Shown here: positions 44,536 through 54,601 of the stretch, piece after piece
Layout of the letters: each line of letters starts with the position of its first letter
How positions within the stretch are numbered: position 1 is the first letter of the stretch
Source of the DNA: an uncultured delta proteobacterium
GTDB lineage: Bacteria > Myxococcota > Myxococcia > Myxococcales > Myxococcaceae
Assembly: GCA_963771175.1 (NCBI GenBank)
Contig: CAVYSY010000046.1
Location: forward strand, 1-64,000
Direction: 5' to 3'
DNA: 64,000 bases
Notes under the pieces: generated by a model
The model's input: the letters and a program-made list of their open reading frames with translations, nothing else
Database searches by the model: none
Told to the model about the DNA's origin: nothing
Made by a program: the position numbers and the translations under genes

Positions 44536-46290
44536 TCAGGGGTCCGAGAGCGCCAGCCGCGTCCCCACCGGCGGCGGGGTGAACCGGCGCAGCCCGTCCG
44601 ATCTCGATTGCAGGAACACGAGCGAGGGAGCCTCGAGCGGCGCATCGAACTCGAAGCCCACGCGGGTCGGCCCCTCGGCATCCGCGGCCAGCACCGTCAC
44701 CCTCATGCCCTCCAGCTCCACCCGCGCGCCCACGCCGAGCTTGTGCTCGGGTCCGCGGAGGCTCTGCTCGATATCGCTGGCGAGGAAGCGGCCCTGGGGG
44801 AGCTCCAGCTCGAGCGACGCCGGCCCGGTGCGGGTGAGGATGGGGGACACCGGCGCCAGCGACAGCGGCCACCACGCGCGCGGGAGCGGCTGGTCTCGCA
44901 GGGCCCACATGACGGGGGTGTACAGGGCCACCCCCATGTCCTTGGCATCGAGGAGCACCACCCGCTGCTGGGGAAGACGCTGGAGATCCAACTCGGCCTG
45001 CGCCTTGAGCGCCATCTCCTCGGTGCTCGTGCCGAGCTGGCGGATCAGCATCGACATCGCCGGCCAGCTCACGGGCGCGAGGACGAGGTGCAGGAGCGCG
45101 AGCACCCCACCCGCCACGACGAGGCCTCGCGGACGCCAGCCCTGCTTGCGCGAGCGCCACGCCTGGAGGAGCACCACGGCCAGGAGCACCGAGGCCCCCA
45201 GGCCAGGCACGAGCAGCAGCCGCCCCATGGGCATGGTGGAGGCCACGGGCAGCAGGGACAGCGCCGCCCCGGCGGAGAGCCAGCGGCAGTGCCGGCGCTC
45301 CTCCTCGGAGAGGCCGTGCCAGGAGGTGCGCACCAGGAGCATGAATAGCGCGAGTCCGGCGAGCCCCATGCCCACCAGCACGGGCCGGCTGCTCGGGCTC
45401 AGCGCCCAGAGGTCCACGGGCACTCCCAGCAAGCCACCGGCGAGCGCGGGCACCCGGCCGAGCGCGGCCGACAGGTATTGGACGGGCTCGCCCACGGGAT
45501 CCACATACATGGTGGAGCCTCGGGCGCCGTACCCGAGCGCCTTGTAGAGCCCGAGGTAGGCAAGCGCGAGCACCGCCGCGGGGACGAGGGCACGGAGCCG
45601 CTCCGCCCTCGTGCCCCGCGCGCCGAGCAGCTCATAGGCCAGCAGGTAGGCGAAGACGCCCAGGGCGGTCTCTCCCGCCGTCAGGCTCACGGCGAGTGCG
45701 AGCAGGGAGAGAGGCAGGGCCCAGGACTTGCGGGCCTCGCGCCACTCGAGGTGCAGCCACAGGCCCCCCAGGGCGAGGGTGGTGGACACCAGGGCATTGC
45801 GGTTGGCGAGCCACCCCACGGGGAGCAGGTGCGCATCGTCCACGGTGAAGAGCAGCAGCGCGAGCGCTCCGAGCGCCCCCGGGAGGAAGCGCCGCAGCAG
45901 GGCGCCGAAGAGGGCCACCAGGCCGAGGTGCCAGACCACCGAGTGCAGGTGGTAGCCCACCGGGTTGCGGCCGAAGAGTCGATGGTCCAGCACCGCGAGC
46001 GCGCTCGACAGGGGGCGCCAGAAGGAGATCTTCAGCTCGGGCAGCGTCCACCAGGGATAGGGCCCCTCCTGCACGATGCGCCGCATGCCCTCGGCGGGGC
46101 CTCCGGCGAAGCGGAAGAGATCGAAGGGCGAGCCCAGGGGCCACCTGCCCTCGAGGATGAGGAGGTGGATGTTGTCATCCAGGGCGAAGCCCATGCCGAG
46201 CGTGGGCAGGGACAGCACGAGGGCGGCCAGCAGGGTGAGCCAGTAGGCGCGCGAGGAGTCGAGCCACCGCTTCGGGGAAGGGTTTTCCAT
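44536..46290 (-). CDS. Polytopic membrane protein, GT-C-like glycosyltransferase candidate
   Basis: DD after TM1 (GFALDD), FWRPLSS, GYHLHS, VGWLANRN, many TM helices. Confidence 0.55.
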   Translation of the reverse strand: MENPSPKRWLDSSRAYWLTLLAALVLSLPTLGMGFALDDNIHLLILEGRWPLGSPFDLFRFAGGPAEGMRRIVQEGPYPWWTLPELKISFWRPLSSALAVLDHRLFGRNPVGYHLHSVVWHLGLVALFGALLRRFLPGALGALALLLFTVDDAHLLPVGWLANRNALVSTTLALGGLWLHLEWREARKSWALPLSLLALAVSLTAGETALGVFAYLLAYELLGARGTRAERLRALVPAAVLALAYLGLYKALGYGARGSTMYVDPVGEPVQYLSAALGRVPALAGGLLGVPVDLWALSPSSRPVLVGMGLAGLALFMLLVRTSWHGLSEEERRHCRWLSAGAALSLLPVASTMPMGRLLLVPGLGASVLLAVVLLQAWRSRKQGWRPRGLVVAGGVLALLHLVLAPVSWPAMSMLIRQLGTSTEEMALKAQAELDLQRLPQQRVVLLDAKDMGVALYTPVMWALRDQPLPRAWWPLSLAPVSPILTRTGPASLELELPQGRFLASDIEQSLRGPEHKLGVGARVELEGMRVTVLAADAEGPTRVGFEFDAPLEAPSLVFLQSRSDGLRRFTPPPVGTRLALSDP

Positions 46291-46349
46291 GGGGTTCCTT
46301 CGTCCAGGTGCCCCACCGACAACCGCGCCGGATCCCGGGTTCCAGGCGC

Positions 46350-47321
46350 CTACTCGCGCTGGAGAGGCCGAGCGTAGATGCCCAGGTGGTTGGCCACGGG
46401 GCGCTCCCAGAAAGTCAGTCGGAAGTTGATGGGCGAGTTGGCCCACCGGGCGCGTCCGTTCGCGTCCCGCCGGACGAGCGTAGCGGAGCCGCCGCCGTCG
46501 AGCTGGATGCCGGTGTGCCCGCCATGCCTCAAGAGGATGTCCGCCACCTCCGCGAGCGTCGCGCCCTCGCTGTAGCCGGGCTGCTTGCCATCGACCACCA
46601 GCAGCAGCAGGTAGCGCCCGGTGGCATCGACGGCGGCGGCGACGCGAGGGTAGGGCACGGCGTTGAACCCTTTCGCCGGGTGCACCACGGGCGAGCCATC
46701 CCGCACCACATACCCCAGGCCCGAGATGGCCTGCCAGACCTCGCCGGGAGGCCGCTCGAAGCCGAGGCGCCGGTCTCGCGACAGGTACAGGGTGACCGCG
46801 TCCTCGTTGCTCTCCCCGTAGAGCATCCCACCCGAGGCCGCCGGGCCGACGACGCGGACCGGGTCCCCGACGTGGGGCGCGTAGTCGAGGGGATGGTGGA
46901 CGTGGAACGGGTAGAAGAAGTTGGCGTTGATCGCCACCTGCACGCCATGGCGGACCGCGAACGAGCTGGTCGTATCGGCGAGGAGATCTCCCGCCGCCGA
47001 GGGTTGGCTCGGGGTCACCCGGAAGTCGATGCCGGGCTCCGTCAGATCGACGCGGACGAGGTGCACGACGATCGGCCGTGGCTGTCGGAGCACCTCGCGC
47101 TCGTACCGCACACCGGCGAACCAATCCTCTCGCGTCGGCTCCGGCGGATTCCGGTGGGTGAACCAGGACCAGTATCCCCCCACCGCGAGTCCGAGCACCC
47201 CCAGAGCGCTCAACGAGAGGCCGCTCGTCCACCGGAGCCACCGGCGAACACGCCACCGGCGCACCACCGCCACGCTGACGGCGAGCACCCCGCAGGAGAT
47301 CGCCAGGATCAGTGGGCCCAT
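46350..47321 (-). CDS. Phosphodiester glycosidase (NAGPA-like) family protein
   Basis: VAINANFF, YPRVAAAV, LLVVDGKQPGYSEG, LDGGGSATL, RPVANHLGI. Confidence 0.85.
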   Translation of the reverse strand: MGPLILAISCGVLAVSVAVVRRWRVRRWLRWTSGLSLSALGVLGLAVGGYWSWFTHRNPPEPTREDWFAGVRYEREVLRQPRPIVVHLVRVDLTEPGIDFRVTPSQPSAAGDLLADTTSSFAVRHGVQVAINANFFYPFHVHHPLDYAPHVGDPVRVVGPAASGGMLYGESNEDAVTLYLSRDRRLGFERPPGEVWQAISGLGYVVRDGSPVVHPAKGFNAVPYPRVAAAVDATGRYLLLLVVDGKQPGYSEGATLAEVADILLRHGGHTGIQLDGGGSATLVRRDANGRARWANSPINFRLTFWERPVANHLGIYARPLQRE

Positions 47322-47369
47322 GAAGAACCGCTCTCTATCGAGGGAACGGTCCTCCCGGAAGAGCCTTCC

Positions 47370-47936
47370 TCAACGCAGGCCGGCCGTGCTGACCAATGAT
47401 GGGGACAGCGACAATACGATGGCCTTACCGATGGCGGGGGCGGCCTCGGGGAACCGCCCGCGAGCCAGCTCCCGACCCGAGGGGCTCAGCGCCTGGATGA
47501 GCACCTGGTGGAAGTCCTCCTCCAGGCCCAGCGCCTGGTGGGACGCACCGTTGGAGTCGGCCACCATGAAGAACGAGTCCTCCAGATCGGCGGGTGGCTG
47601 CTGGCCCTGATCGCGGAACAGCTTCCGGATGATCTCGAGCGAGTCGCGGTGGATCTTGCGGAGCTCCCGGCTCGCGGCACCCCGGAAGAGGCGAGGGACG
47701 TCACGCAGGTCCACGTGCACCACCACGATGGGGCGCTCCCGGCGCAGGTCGTAGGCGAACTGGAAGGCGTGCTCGTGCAGCACCTGGCGCGTGCCGCGGT
47801 TGGCATACAGCACCACCGCCGGCCGCCCCTGCCCGAGGGGGATCTCCCGGCCGAACACGTCCTCGAGGGCGGCGGCGTGGGCCGGCAGGGCTCCCAGCAG
47901 TCCCATCAAGCAGGCGAGTGCCACGATCATTCGCAT
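47370..47936 (-). CDS. Secreted hypothetical protein (possibly thioredoxin-like fold without CxxC)
   Basis: Signal peptide ending AHA|A; LEDVFGREIPL..GRPAVVLY. Confidence 0.5.
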   Translation of the reverse strand: MRMIVALACLMGLLGALPAHAAALEDVFGREIPLGQGRPAVVLYANRGTRQVLHEHAFQFAYDLRRERPIVVVHVDLRDVPRLFRGAASRELRKIHRDSLEIIRKLFRDQGQQPPADLEDSFFMVADSNGASHQALGLEEDFHQVLIQALSPSGRELARGRFPEAAPAIGKAIVLSLSPSLVSTAGLR

Positions 47937-48252
47937 CGGCAAGGTCTCCTCCAGGTGTGACTCCGGGCGATGGGTTGGGGTCGCTCCGGCCACCAGTCCC
48001 TCGCCGTGGGGACTCGCGGGCCCGTGATTGTACGGCTCGGACTGACATGGCCGGCGCGTCCTGACGGCCTCCGCCAACAGGGGTTTCCGGCCTCTTCTGC
48101 CCCGCCGTTTGCCCTCGGGAGTCCCAGGGGCGCCAGCCCGCTTGCCCCCCAGGCGCCTGCTCCGTCGAGGAGCGACCCGCCACACTGGGATTCGCGTGGA
48201 ATGACGCATCGCGTATAAGGCGTCGCGCATACCGTGGAGATGAGGAGACGGA

Positions 48253-49122
48253 ATGAGTCGCGTCCTGGATGACCTGCTGGGGCTCCTGAAGCTGGAGCCC
48301 ATTGAGGAGAACCTGTTCCGCGGACGGAGTCAGGATCTTGGCTTCCGACAGCTTTTTGGCGGTCAGGTGCTCGGTCAGTCGCTGTCGGCGGCCAGCCAGA
48401 CGGTGGAGCCCGAGCGACACGTCCACTCGCTGCACGGCTACTTCCTACGCCCCGGCGATGTCAGCCTGCCCGTGGTCTACACCGTGGATCGCGTGCGCGA
48501 TGGCGGCAGCTTCACCACCCGCCGCGTGGTGGCCATCCAGAAGGGCCAGCCCATCTTCACCGGGATGGCCTCCTTCCAGGGGGATGAGCCCGGTTTCGAG
48601 CACCAGGCGAAGATGCCCGAGGTGCCCGCGCCGGAGAGCCTCCTCTCGGACATCGAGCTGCTGCGCCGCAAGGCCCACCTCATCCCCGAGCAGGTGCGCG
48701 ACAAGTTCCTCTGCGACAAGCCGATCGAGATCCGTCCGGTGACGCGGGTCGATCCGTTCGATCCCAAGCCGTGCGAGCCCATCAAGTACGTGTGGTTCCG
48801 CGCCGACGGCCCGATGCCGGAGGATCCGCAGACGCACAAGTACGTGCTGGCCTACGCCTCGGACTTCAACCTCATCACCACCGCGCTGCAGCCGCACGGC
48901 ACCAGCTTCATGCAGCGCAACATGCAGATGGCGAGCCTCGATCACGCCCTATGGTTCCACGGGAACATGAAGGTGAACGACTGGCTGCTGTACGTCATGG
49001 ACAGCCCGTGGGCGGGCAACGCGCGAGGGCTGGCGCGCGGCCACATCTTCACCCGTGAGGGCCGATTGGTGGCCTCGGTGGCCCAGGAGGGCCTCATGCG
49101 CCTGCGCCAGGACGGGCGCTGA
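48253..49122 (+). CDS. tesB: Acyl-CoA thioesterase II
   Basis: FGGQVLGQSL, HSLHGYFLRPG, RDGGSFTTRRV, LAYASD, ASLDHALWFH, VAQEGLMR. Confidence 0.95.
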   Translation: MSRVLDDLLGLLKLEPIEENLFRGRSQDLGFRQLFGGQVLGQSLSAASQTVEPERHVHSLHGYFLRPGDVSLPVVYTVDRVRDGGSFTTRRVVAIQKGQPIFTGMASFQGDEPGFEHQAKMPEVPAPESLLSDIELLRRKAHLIPEQVRDKFLCDKPIEIRPVTRVDPFDPKPCEPIKYVWFRADGPMPEDPQTHKYVLAYASDFNLITTALQPHGTSFMQRNMQMASLDHALWFHGNMKVNDWLLYVMDSPWAGNARGLARGHIFTREGRLVASVAQEGLMRLRQDGR

Positions 49123-49256
49123 GCGGCGGGTTTCCGTCGCGACTCCTCGATGATGGAGCACCGGGTTCGCCTACGGGTGAGCCCGAAACGGCCTTGTCTT
49201 GCCTTATCGGTCCCGAGGGGGTTGTCCGGGCCGTGGACCTGGTCCGCTGGAATGTC

Positions 49257-49880
49257 TGCCTACATTTCTTGATGTTTGCAGACATGACCGCGCAGGTCGG
49301 TTCTTGCCTACATTTGCCGACGTTTTGTCCGTGTTTCATGTAGGGGTCTTTGCCTACATTTGGTCATGCATGCGGACATGTGTCGCGCAGGTATGTCAAT
49401 GTGGGGAGTGGTTCGGAATCAGTGCGTCCCAATCGCAGACCCCGACCCCCTGGTCGAGTGGTGCACAAACCTGTCCGACTGTCGGACAGGTTTTTCGAGA
49501 ACACGCCCGCCTGGGGGGTCCTTCGGATGGCGAGTCGGTCTGCGTGCGTCAGGTTCCTTCGGAGTTTGATGGGATCCTGCGGAGCTCGTTGGTTCGCCCG
49601 GTCGCGTGAGCGGCTCGTCTCTTCGGCCGCGCTTTCACTGCCAGATGACCGCTGAGCAACTCACGGCTTTTACGCATCGGATATCGTGCCTACATCTCAC
49701 GACCTTCGCGGACATGCTTCATGCAGGTATATCGTGCCTACATTTCCCGACTTTCGCAGACATGCTCTGAATGCGTTATATCGTGCCTACATTTCATGCC
49801 TCAGACGGACATGGTCGGAGTCATGTCGTGCCTACATTGGTCTGTATTGGCCTCCAAGGTCCCACTGTCGCGCCTATTTA
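49257..49880 (+). repeat. Two clusters of ~45-49-bp direct repeats, core TGCCTACATTT-N10-GC(A/G)GACATG
   Basis: TGCCTACAT at 49257, 49305, 49351, 49687, 49735, 49784, 49829; degenerate copy at 49871. Confidence 0.85.
49467..49493. repeat. Perfect palindrome AAACCTGTCCGAC-T-GTCGGACAGGTTT (dispersed intergenic repeat)
   Basis: 13-bp arms around a 1-nt centre; half copy AAACCTGTCCGACAG at 56290-56304. Confidence 0.8.
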
Positions 49881-49899
49881 ATGGCATATCAAAACATAA

Positions 49900-50100
49900 T
49901 CGTTCTTGTCTTGTTTTGTTTCGAGCGCGCGGTGTGTGTTTTTATTGTTTTATTATTGTTAATGATTGCATGTGCTTGTGTTTGATTGCATGTGTTTGGT
50001 GTTTTGTTTGTGTTTGTTTGGTTTGCGAGTTTGTGTTTTATTGATTGGTGTGAGGTTGTTTGTGTTTTGTTTGGCTGTTGTGGTTGTGTTTGTTGGGTAA
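49900..50100. other. T/G-rich low-complexity tract
   Basis: Almost only T and G (TTGTTTTGTTT, GTGTTTGG) within a GC-rich genome. Confidence 0.8.
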
Positions 50101-50178
50101 TGACAGACGGATTTCGGGCGCGCGGGAGCTCCCAGTCGCCGTCCCCCAGCGCGCACTCCCAGCCGCTCACTGCCGGCA

Positions 50179-51216
50179 TCAGGGAGACGTCTTGGGGACC
50201 GGCTGCGTGAACTCCTGCAGCAGGAACTCGTCCACGGCCGGGGCCTTCTCGATGATGCCCAGCTCCACGAGCTGCCGCCCCAGCGTCTCCCACCGCTCGC
50301 GACTCATTGTCCCCAGGCCCCTGGCCTTCGTCTCCTCCGTCTCGATGAGAGGCTTCTGGGCCTGCGCCGCCGCCGCGAACGTCTCCGCGTCCATCGTGGT
50401 GTTCAGCTTCGCCATGACCGCGTTGGCCGGCGCCGGATCCTCCAGGTAGGCGCGCCAGCCCTCTCGCACCGCCGCCACGAAGGACTTCACCCGCTCCGGC
50501 TGCTCCTTCCACTGCTCGCGGCGGGTGATGACCACGGCCACGTACGGGTTGAAGCCCTCGTCGGCCACCAGGAACACGACTGGATCCGCGCCCTGGCGCC
50601 GGGCGGCGATCGGCTCGGAAGTGATGAAGCACTGCTGCGCGAAGCTCTTGTCCGCCACGAAGCGCGCCACGCCGCCGTCGTAGGGCACCACCTTCACCTT
50701 CTCGAAGCCGTACTTCTTCTTGAGGTAGGCGGCGTACGGCAGGCCGGGCTCCAGGGCCACGGTGCCGCCGGAGGTGAGCACGTCCTTGATGCCCTTCGCC
50801 CCGCTCGAGGCGTGGGCCATGATTCCCTGTGGCGACGTCTGGTACACGGCGAAGAGCGGCAGCACGTCCACGCCACGCGCTCGGGCGGTGAGGAGCTCAT
50901 CCGCACCGGCGATGCCGAAGTCCGCCTGCCCCGAGGCCACCATCTGCACCACGGGCACGCCGGCCCCGCCGCCGAGGATGTCCACCTCCAGCCCATGGCG
51001 GGTGAACTCGCCCCTCTCCCGTGCGGCGTAGAAGCCACCGAACTCGGGCTCGGGCACCCAGTTCAGGGCCAGCTTCACCTTGGCGCGGGCCGCCTGCGCG
51101 CCACCCCCCGCATCCGTGCCCTCGGCCCGCTTCGCGCCTTCCTTCGAGCGCGAGCACGCCCCCGCCACAACCACCAGCGCCACACATCCCAGCAATCCGA
51201 CGAGACGTCCTCTCAC
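50179..51216 (-). CDS. ABC transporter substrate-binding lipoprotein, NMT1/THI5 (SsuA/TauA-like) family
   Basis: GTG start after GGAGG, lipobox AGAC, LALNWVPEPEFGGFYAA, VASGQADFGI. Confidence 0.85.
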   Translation of the reverse strand: MRGRLVGLLGCVALVVVAGACSRSKEGAKRAEGTDAGGGAQAARAKVKLALNWVPEPEFGGFYAARERGEFTRHGLEVDILGGGAGVPVVQMVASGQADFGIAGADELLTARARGVDVLPLFAVYQTSPQGIMAHASSGAKGIKDVLTSGGTVALEPGLPYAAYLKKKYGFEKVKVVPYDGGVARFVADKSFAQQCFITSEPIAARRQGADPVVFLVADEGFNPYVAVVITRREQWKEQPERVKSFVAAVREGWRAYLEDPAPANAVMAKLNTTMDAETFAAAAQAQKPLIETEETKARGLGTMSRERWETLGRQLVELGIIEKAPAVDEFLLQEFTQPVPKTSP

Positions 51217-51248
51217 TTGCGGTTTCCTCCCAGAAGCAGAAGTGGGCC

Positions 51249-52025
51249 TCACGACTCCCTGGCCGAGGGGTGCCAGCGCCGCAGCAGGCGGGCTCCGGCC
51301 AGACTCACCGCGCCGAACAGCGCCAGGCCCAGCACCGAGGCCGCCAGCACGGCGGCGAAGAGCAGATCCGTGCGCAGTTGCCGGTAGGCGGACAGCACGA
51401 GGATGCCCAGCCCGGCGGCGTCCTCGGAGAAGCCGGCGACGAACTCGCCCACGATGGCGCCGATGACGGCCAGGCCCGAGGCGATGCGCAGGCCGGTGAA
51501 CAGGTGCGGCAGCGCGGCGGGCAGCTCCAGCTTCCGCAGCGTGGCCACCCGGCCCGCGCCATAGAGGCGGAACAGGTCGCGCAGCGGCGGCTCCACCGAG
51601 CGCAGCCCGGTGAGCGTGTTGGCGATGACGGGGAAGAGGGAGACGATGAACGACGAGATGGCCACCGCGCGCGCTCCCGGGCCGAACCACAGCACCAGCA
51701 GGGGGGCGATGGCGACGATGGGCACCGTCTGCAGGAAGAGGGTGTACGGGTAGAGCGCCCGCTCCAGCAGCCGGGACGAGGACAGGATGATGGCGGCGAG
51801 CACGCCCACTCCGGCGCTCAGCCCGAAGCCCACCAGCGCCGAGCGGCCGGTGGTGAGCGCCGCGCCCAGCAGCGTGGCCCCATCCCGGACCGCCGCGGCG
51901 GCGATGGCGGAGGGCGGCGGAAACAGCCACGCGGGAATGGCGAGGACGCGCGTCAGGGTCTCCCAGAGGGTCAGGAAGATGGCGAGCGCGGTCAGCGGCG
52001 CCAGGGCCGAGCGGACGGCGTTCAC
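51249..52025 (-). CDS. ABC transporter permease (SsuC/TauC type)
   Basis: FPPPSAI, QTVPIVAIAPLLVLWFG, LPAALPHLFTGLRIA, GAIVGEFV. Confidence 0.9.
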   Translation of the reverse strand: MNAVRSALAPLTALAIFLTLWETLTRVLAIPAWLFPPPSAIAAAAVRDGATLLGAALTTGRSALVGFGLSAGVGVLAAIILSSSRLLERALYPYTLFLQTVPIVAIAPLLVLWFGPGARAVAISSFIVSLFPVIANTLTGLRSVEPPLRDLFRLYGAGRVATLRKLELPAALPHLFTGLRIASGLAVIGAIVGEFVAGFSEDAAGLGILVLSAYRQLRTDLLFAAVLAASVLGLALFGAVSLAGARLLRRWHPSARES

Positions 52026-52840
52026 GGGGCGTCTCCTCGCTCCAGGGCCTCGTGGAGGTGGCCGATCTCCCGGGCGAAGTCGGGCTCGGCGCGCAGGGCG
52101 GGGGAGCGCTCGGAGGGGAGGGCGAGGTGCCGGTCCAACATCACGCGCGCGGGCCTCCGGGAGAGCACCACGACGCGCTCGGCGAGGTAGGCCGCCTCGG
52201 AGAGTGAGTGGGTGACGAAGAGGACGGTCATCCCCAACTCCCGCCACAGCACGCGGAGCTGGTCGTCGAGCCGGTTGCGCGTCAGCTCATCCAGGGCGGC
52301 GAAGGGCTCGTCCAGGAGCAGCAGCCGGGGGCGGGTGACGAGCGCGCGGGCCAGGGAGACGCGCATGCGCATGCCGCCGGAGAGCTCGGCCGGGTAGCGC
52401 GAGGTGGCGTCGCCGAGCCCCACGTGCTCCAGCACGGCCCGCGCGGAGGCGCGGCGCTCCGGCGCGGGCACACCGGCCAGCTCCAGCGGCAGGGCGGCGT
52501 TGTCCAGCACGGAGCGCCAGGGCAGCAGGTGCGCGTCCTGGAAGACGTAGGCGATGGGGGCGCGTGTGTCGCGGGTGCGCTCGAGGGGAGGGGAGAAGGA
52601 GAGGGTGCCGGCGTCGGGCCTGTCCAGCCCGGCCACGAGGCGCAGCAGGGTGGACTTGCCACAGCCGGAGGGACCGACCAGGGCCACGAAGGAGCCGGCG
52701 GCGATGTCCAGGTCCATCCCGTCGAGCACGGGGAGGCCACCCGGGAAGACGCGCCGCAGGCCGGACAGCCGCACGCGGACGCCACCCCTGTCGTCATCGG
52801 GTGCGAGGGGGGCGGAGGGGAGCGGGCCGGGGGGAGCCAT
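52022..52840 (-). CDS. ABC transporter ATP-binding protein (SsuB/TauB type)
   Basis: GPSGCGKST, LSGGMRMR, LLLLDEPFAALD, FVTH. Confidence 0.93.
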   Translation of the reverse strand: MAPPGPLPSAPLAPDDDRGGVRVRLSGLRRVFPGGLPVLDGMDLDIAAGSFVALVGPSGCGKSTLLRLVAGLDRPDAGTLSFSPPLERTRDTRAPIAYVFQDAHLLPWRSVLDNAALPLELAGVPAPERRASARAVLEHVGLGDATSRYPAELSGGMRMRVSLARALVTRPRLLLLDEPFAALDELTRNRLDDQLRVLWRELGMTVLFVTHSLSEAAYLAERVVVLSRRPARVMLDRHLALPSERSPALRAEPDFAREIGHLHEALERGDAP

Positions 52841-52965
52841 GGGGGATACAGGTTTCTATCCGCCCGGCCCTCGAACGGCCAGTGTGGTTACGCGGCTGCA
52901 CGGATGTGAATCCGGCTACACAGCGGCCCCAAGTCCCGCTAGAGGGATGGTGCGTTTCCAACAGT

Positions 52966-52981
52966 TGGCACGAAGTCCGCA
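52966..52981 (+). promoter_or_regulatory. Candidate sigma54 (-24/-12) promoter for the 53042 operon
   Basis: TGGCACGAAGTCCGCA: GG-N10-GC with an exact TGGCAC, ~60 nt before the start. Confidence 0.45.
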
Positions 52982-53041
52982 ATGCCACATGCGCCCCTCC
53001 TCCTGGGGTGTCTGGCCCCGCCCGTGGGCCACCGAGAGGTG

Positions 53042-54587
53042 ATGATGAGGCTCCTCCTGCTTCTGCTGCTGGCCGCTCCCGCCCTCGCGGCGACGCGCCC
53101 GGCGTATGTCCTGCGCATCGAGGGCTCGGATGCCTTCGTCGATCTCGGCCGCGCGGATGCCACCTCGCCCGGAGAGCGGCTGCGCGTCTACCGCGTCGTC
53201 GAGGCCCGCCACCCCGCCACGGGAAAGGTGATGCGCGACCGTTTCCTCCTCGGAGAGGTGGAGGTGCTGGAGGCGGGCGAGTCCCTCTCCCGCATCGCCG
53301 CCCCCGACGAGCTCCTCGCGCGCATGGAGGTGGGCGACGAGGTGGAGCCGGTGGATGCGCCCGAGTCGCGTGAGCGCCCCACTCCGGCCGCCCCCAAGCA
53401 GGCGCCCTCGGCGTCCGCGCCCTCCGGCGGAGCGACCGATGCCGAGCGGGCCGCCCTGCGCACCGCGTGGAACGCCGCCCTGAAGCTCCCTCCCGCCGAG
53501 CGCGCGAAGGTCTGGGAGGAGTTCCTCGCCGCCTGGCCCCAGTCGGACCTGGCCGGCCCCATCCGTTCCGAGATCGCCCTGCTGCGTCAGGCTCCCGCGG
53601 CGAGCGCTTCCGCGAAGGGGACCGCCCAGCCGACGGCGTCCGTCCTCAAGGTGAGCGCCCCCACCGTCGCGCTCACCGACGAGCCCATCGTCATCTCCGC
53701 TCGCCAACCTCGCCGGTCCCATGCCGCGCGCGGCGATGGTGCACTGGCGCGAGCAGGGCTCGCCCACCTTCCGCACCGTCCACATGGCCGTCGAGCCCAC
53801 CGGTCACTTCCGCGCCTCGCTGCCCGAGGACGCGGCGGTGGAGCCCGCCCTCGAGTACTACGTCGAGGCCGTGGATTCCGAGGGCGCCACGGCCGCCGCG
53901 GCCGGGAGCTCCACCCGCCCGCGGCGCATCGACATCCGCCGGCCCCCGCGCGACGAGCGCGTCGAGCACCTCAAGCGCAGCCGGGTGCGCATCAGCGACG
54001 AGTACGTCGACTTCAACCGCTTCAAGGGCAATGACGTCTACAACCTCTTCGAGGCGGACTTCCTCTACCGCGTCTACACGGCGGTGCACGCGGTGCGCGT
54101 GGGCTTCGGCAACTACCGGGGCACCGGCACGCCGCGCGAGCAGCTCGACACGGACGTCACCGGCGAGGCGGTGACCTATACCTATGGCTTCACCGAGCTG
54201 GAGCTGCGCCTCCACCCGTCGCTCGCGGTGCTGCTGAAGGGGAGCGCGGGTGTCAACCGCAGCGGCCTCTCGGGTGGCTTCGACCTGGGCCTGCGCATCG
54301 GCAGCGAGACGGGCACCTCCCTGCTGATTCGCGGAGCCTCCATCGCGAACATCGGCCAGCGCGCCAGCCTCACGCTCGCCTGGGACGCCGTGAAGGGGTG
54401 GCCCATGAGCGGCGAGGTCGTCGTCACCAACGAGCCCATCGGCGAGGACCTCGGTGTGCGCCTCATCTACACGGTGGGCCGCTCGGTGACGCCCTGGCTC
54501 GATGTGTCCGGCCGCGTGAGCTACCAGCTCCGCGACATCAACCACTCCGGCCTCGGCTTCGGCCTGGGCACCACCTTCCACTGGTAG
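53042..54587 (+). CDS. Secreted multidomain protein with Ig-like domain and C-terminal beta-barrel (frameshift ~53705)
   Basis: Signal peptide; AFVDLG N-terminal domain; LEYYVEAVD; EADFLYRV; ends GTTFHW. Confidence 0.6.
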
Positions 54588-54601
54588 CGGGAACGCCTCC
54601 G

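Noticed and set aside
49251..49885. CRISPR or TIGR array
   Set aside because: The constant part is only ~11-18 nt, the intervening sequences resemble each other, no box C/D motifs are seen, and there is no cas or Nop-domain gene in the window
49686..50632. Cys/Val-rich and Thr/Asn/Lys-rich ORFs over the T/G tract
   Set aside because: Translations of low-complexity sequence with codon use unlike the host
52841..53040. TPP riboswitch ahead of the NMT1/THI5-type ABC operon
   Set aside because: No GCTGAGA / CCTGA core visible on the minus strand
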